Of a stretch of DNA of 64,000 nucleotides, positions 60,031 to 64,000 are shown in pieces (within the stretch, counting starts at the first letter, position 1; every line of letters starts with the position of its first letter). Location: the NCBI GenBank assembly GCA_031835245.2, contig JAVKOQ020000092.1:1-64000 (forward strand), written 5' to 3'. Made by a program: the position numbers and the translations under genes. Source of the stretch: Balamuthia mandrillaris. Taxonomy: Eukaryota. The notes beneath the pieces are model-generated. The model worked only from the letters and a program-made list of their open reading frames with translations. It was not told where the DNA came from and searched no databases.

Positions 60031-63000
60031 TCACTTGAAGTTGCCTCCAGCAAAGAGCTGATCCAACCAGTAAGCCTCAGAACTTCTGGGAGTATAGTAT
60101 ACATCATCTTCATCATCGTCGCTGGAGGTTGTGTTTGTATCGCCGGAGCCGCTATCTCTCAAAGCAGAAGGAGAAGAAGAGGCAGCCTTGCCGATGGTTG
60201 CTGTTGTTGCGGAAGGAGCAGAAGAGGTGCTGTTGCTGCGACGACAACGAGTGTGGAGAAGGTCCAACATGGCCAAGGACTCCCTGTTCAAAGAGGACGA
60301 TGCAGCTGAACGTTGTTGATGTTGATGGGGTGTTGTTGGTTGTTTGGTTGTGTTTCTAACGTACTCCTCCACGTGAGCGTCCAACTTGCTGTAGTTGAAA
60401 GAAGTCAACAGCAAAAAAGTTAGAATGAGCGATAAAAGAAAGACAGTAAGAAAGAGCGTACTCTTGTTCGACGACCATGAAGCTGCAGGTCTTGTGGCCC
60501 AATGCAACGCAGCTCATCTCCACTGCGCACAACGGGTTCCTTTTGGCCTCGCTCCTCGCCCTCTGCAACATTCTTCTCCTCTTCTTCGCTTCCTCCTCGT
60601 CTCGGCCCTCGTTCTCCACGTTTTTCTTTTGTTGTTTGAGATGCTTGACACGAAGTCCTTGAAGCCATCCACAAACGTAGCCGCTCGTCATGAAGCATTT
60701 GGTCTTACCAACGGGAGAAGAAGACGTTGAGGATTGTTGTTGTCGTTTGTTGTTGGTGGGAGATGAATGCTGCTTCGTGGCAGCGTTTCTTCCGGAGGTT
60801 GGAGTGGTCTGTTTCTTCCGATCCTCTTCTTCGTCTTGCCATTTAGCCTTCCACGAAGAGGCTTCGAAGCCATTGTCGACTTCAACCACAGCATAAAAGC
60901 TGCTGAGCTGTTCTACTTTGCTGTTGTTGGTGTTGGCAGAAGAACGAGAAGGAGAGGAGGACGAAGAGGAGGAAGAGAACGAAGGCAAGCTCAGAGCAGG
61001 CACAGTAAACTTGCCAAAGCCCATTTGAGCACAGTGCAACTTGAATGCTGAGACTTGAGCATCCGAACTTATTCGATGCTTCTTGAAGAATGGAGATAAC
61101 TCGTTCGCTAATCTGGCGTAGTCTTTGTTTGTGCAGAAGGTTATATAATGCTAAGAGAAAGAAGGAAGAAGGAAGATACCTACCAGAACGTCCGACAGAC
61201 TTGCCAAGGTCGAACAAAAAATTGGAGGCAAAGGCAGAAGCAACCTGCTCCTCCTCCAACAACTCCCGAATGAGGTCAAAGAACTGACAAGAAAGAGCCT
61301 GAGCACGAGTGAAGACGCATCGTTGATCCGTGTTGGCGATGGTCACCTGTCCGTATTGCGGTTGTCTCTTGAAGCTTCCGTTGAATCGTCCTTTCAAAAA
61401 GTCCTCCAAGTCTTTTTCGTTCTTTACAGAATCTTCTCTCGACTCCTCTCCGTTTTTGTGTTTAGAGGAAGCGTCTTTCTTATTCTTTGTCTTCTTGTTG
61501 TTAACGCTTTGAAGATCCTCTGAAGATCTGTTGGTGAGAATCTTCTTCATGCCTTTCATGAACCAGTTTCCTCCCTGCTTCTTCTTTCCATCCTCGTCTT
61601 TGTTCTTTGCATCCTCATCCGAAGTCTTCTCATCATTCGAACGATTGCTCTTGTTATTCTGAGATGTAGCTTCTTTCTTCTTATCATCTTTCTCTTTGCT
61701 GGTGTTGGCATCATTCTTTCCTCCGCTATCATTGAAGACTCCTCCTGCTTCCGCGATGGCCAAACGACTTTCCATGAAGCTTGGGACCTTAATGCTGCTG
61801 ATCTGCTTCTCGGACCATTGATAGCGCTGTCGTCCGTCGGAGATGAAGTCGTTGACCCTGCGCTGGATGGTACTGCTGTGGGCTAGAAGGAAGTGGCAAC
61901 GATCGTCCCCTCTCGCTTTGCACATCAATTCCACTGAGATGAGATCCACTCCCACCACTTCGGAACACCATCCACTAAAGATAGAAAGAATGAATGAAAA
62001 GAAGAAGAAGGAGAAGAATCACAAGAAGAAGAAGAAGCTACCTAGCATAGCCAGAGTTCATGATGCATCCAGGATTACGAGGGCCACATTTGCCAGCTCG
62101 CACCCAAACGTCAGCCTCGAAGGAGAAAGGATGAGTGAAAAAGTGGGCCATCTCCTCTTTTGTCTGAGCGGCATTAGGAGGCTCTGAGTCTCCCATATCC
62201 ACAAAGGCCCATCCACAATTCGAGAAGTGAATAGGACCAGCTAAATAATATTCTTGTGCATCGTATAATGACATCTTCCGGAAACGTCTCACATCTATGC
62301 ATTTTACAAAAGGATTAGTTATATAACAGCAAAAGGAAATGAAAGGGAAAAAGCAACACATACCAGCACGACCAAGAGCATGAGCCAGATCGTACAACAG
62401 GTTTCCAGCAAAGTTCATGGCTTCTTCCTGGTTGCGCTCGCCCAACGTTTGCAGTACTGTCTTGAAAAAGTCCACAGAGAGAGCTTCCGCCCTCAAGGCC
62501 AAGTAACGCTCTTTCTCTTCTCCAACACGAATCATTCCTTTGTTGTTTTTTGAGTTAAGTTTGAGGTCACTTCCAGGCGACAAACACAACAAAACGAAAG
62601 AAGGCATACCTGTATTAATATTACATGAGAGTTTAGAAAAGTAGGCTTCCACTTTCTGTTCCGTGCTTCGCACGAGCGGAGCCATCTTCTCTGGAGCGCT
62701 GATCATCCGACAGGTGTTGAGGTTGGCGCTGTCATCGCTTCCATTCAATGACTTGGTGATCTCCAAGACGGTCAGTTTCAGCCGCTCCAATGCTCCTCGT
62801 TGAGCGTCCATGTTGATGGATTGCTGTGAACAAGAGTTGGAAGACTCGGAGCCGTTTTTCTTCTGCTGCATCGTAGTTTTTTGGTGTGAGAAAAGAGATG
62901 AAAGAGAATGAAGGGAAAAACTATGAACCAGTCGTGAAATGAAGGCTGCTGTTCTTTCGACGGCAACCTTGAACCATTCCTCTTCGGGGTCGTCCTGCTC

Positions 63001-64000
63001 TTCGGCGACTTTGTTTGGTGCGTTGGCCACCTCGCTGGCCACGTTTTGCACAAGTTTGCTGGCTTGAAGCAAGATCTTGCTGTGTTGTTCAGAAACGGCT
63101 TGTTGTTTTTGGGAAATGAACGTTCATAACGAGCATTATGAAGAAATGGAATGGAGAGGACATGAGACATGAGCAAGCAGAAGAGAAGAGATAGGAAATG
63201 TACCTATTGAAGTACAAGAAGGTAGAGTACAAGGGTTGATGATGACCGGGAGAATGAAACGAAGGAAGAAGAGGTTGGAGATGACCCGCAAAAAATGTGT
63301 CTGAACGTCGCTCTTGAACAACGGCTTCACCTTTTCATAAACATAGGCAGTGGTAGTTCTTATTTCTCTGTTTATGTGTAACATAAGAGAATGTTTCAAC
63401 CACGAACTAGGGCCAGAGAAGCGAAGAGAAGAGAAGAAAGCAAAGAACGCAAAACATACGTCGGCCATTTATCAACCGAACCACACAACGCTTCCAACAA
63501 ACTGACAGTGAGTTTAACGACGTGTTTGTTGCCGGTGGAAGGCTTCCGCTGTTCCAAAAACGGTTTCAACACCGGTTGCAGCACTTGGTCCAGGTAGGCC
63601 ATGCCTTTGGACTGAAGGTAATGCGTTGTGATGCTCGTTGGCATGTTGTCTTCTCTAAAACACATCCTGTTATCTCTTCCTATAACGGTGAAAAGCGTGT
63701 TAGTCAAATAATAATAAGATTAAACGAAAAAGAAGAGACCTTTTGCTTCTGTTTCGATGGCCCACCGAAGCAGAACGGAGGCCCGGCCGCTTCCTTCGAA
63801 AAGGCTTACAATGTGGGGGGCCATCGCTCCGCTCCTTGCGCCTCTCAGCCTCTCCTCCAGCTCCTCCACCCATTCCGTCTTTGGCTCTTGTAACCACTTT
63901 TTTTTATAAAAAATTAAAAATTAAAACAGAGAAGAGAAAAAGCCAAGAGAGACACAGCGAGAGAGAAGAAGCTCGTACTTTGTCTTCATCTTTGAAGAGC
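60031..64000 (-). CDS. RasGAP-domain protein with two C-terminal XylR_N/V4R-like modules (5' end probably outside the window)
   Basis: RasGAP: 'FREDNMPT', 'YLDQVLQPVL', 'LFFLRFILPVIINP', 'SKLVQNVA'. V4R: 'CIMNSGYASGWCSEVVGVDLISVELMCKARGDDRCHF' and 'CFMTSGYVCGW...AVEMSCVALGHKTCSF'. Confidence 0.8.

Overview
Gene-dense, intron-rich eukaryotic DNA. Short introns full of (CT)n/(GAA)n microsatellites, degenerate GT donors and the gene content suggest a free-living amoeba (amoebozoan, Balamuthia/Acanthamoeba-like); this is inference only. About 25 genes can be reconstructed across introns: importin-13/transportin-3 family, Cys/Met-rich CTR copper transporter, GATA factor, TLDc protein, GINS PSF1 head-to-head with Borealin, NAD(P)HX epimerase, four intronless GT8 glycosyltransferases, M1 aminopeptidase, DH-PH RhoGEF, F-box/SPRY, GPI8/PIG-K, ULK/Atg1-like kinase, PTPMT1-like phosphatase, F-box-Ras, ARM protein, TAF5, MYND-FKBP and RasGAP-V4R. 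Main non-obvious signals: (1) an internally deleted Fanzor2/TnpB-like RNA-guided nuclease remnant with a structured putative omegaRNA tail at 54040-54351, absent from the ORF track, plus a likely N-terminal fragment about 1.5 kb downstream and a weaker Fanzor-like relic at 17.7 kb; (2) two AT-AC U12-type introns; (3) a RasGAP fused to two prokaryote-type V4R sensor modules; (4) an ACBP exon stranded in an intron; (5) a 48-nt palindromic repeat present twice, interstitial telomere-like repeats, paired E2F sites and recurring promoter motifs. Gene coordinates span introns and exon boundaries were inferred by eye.
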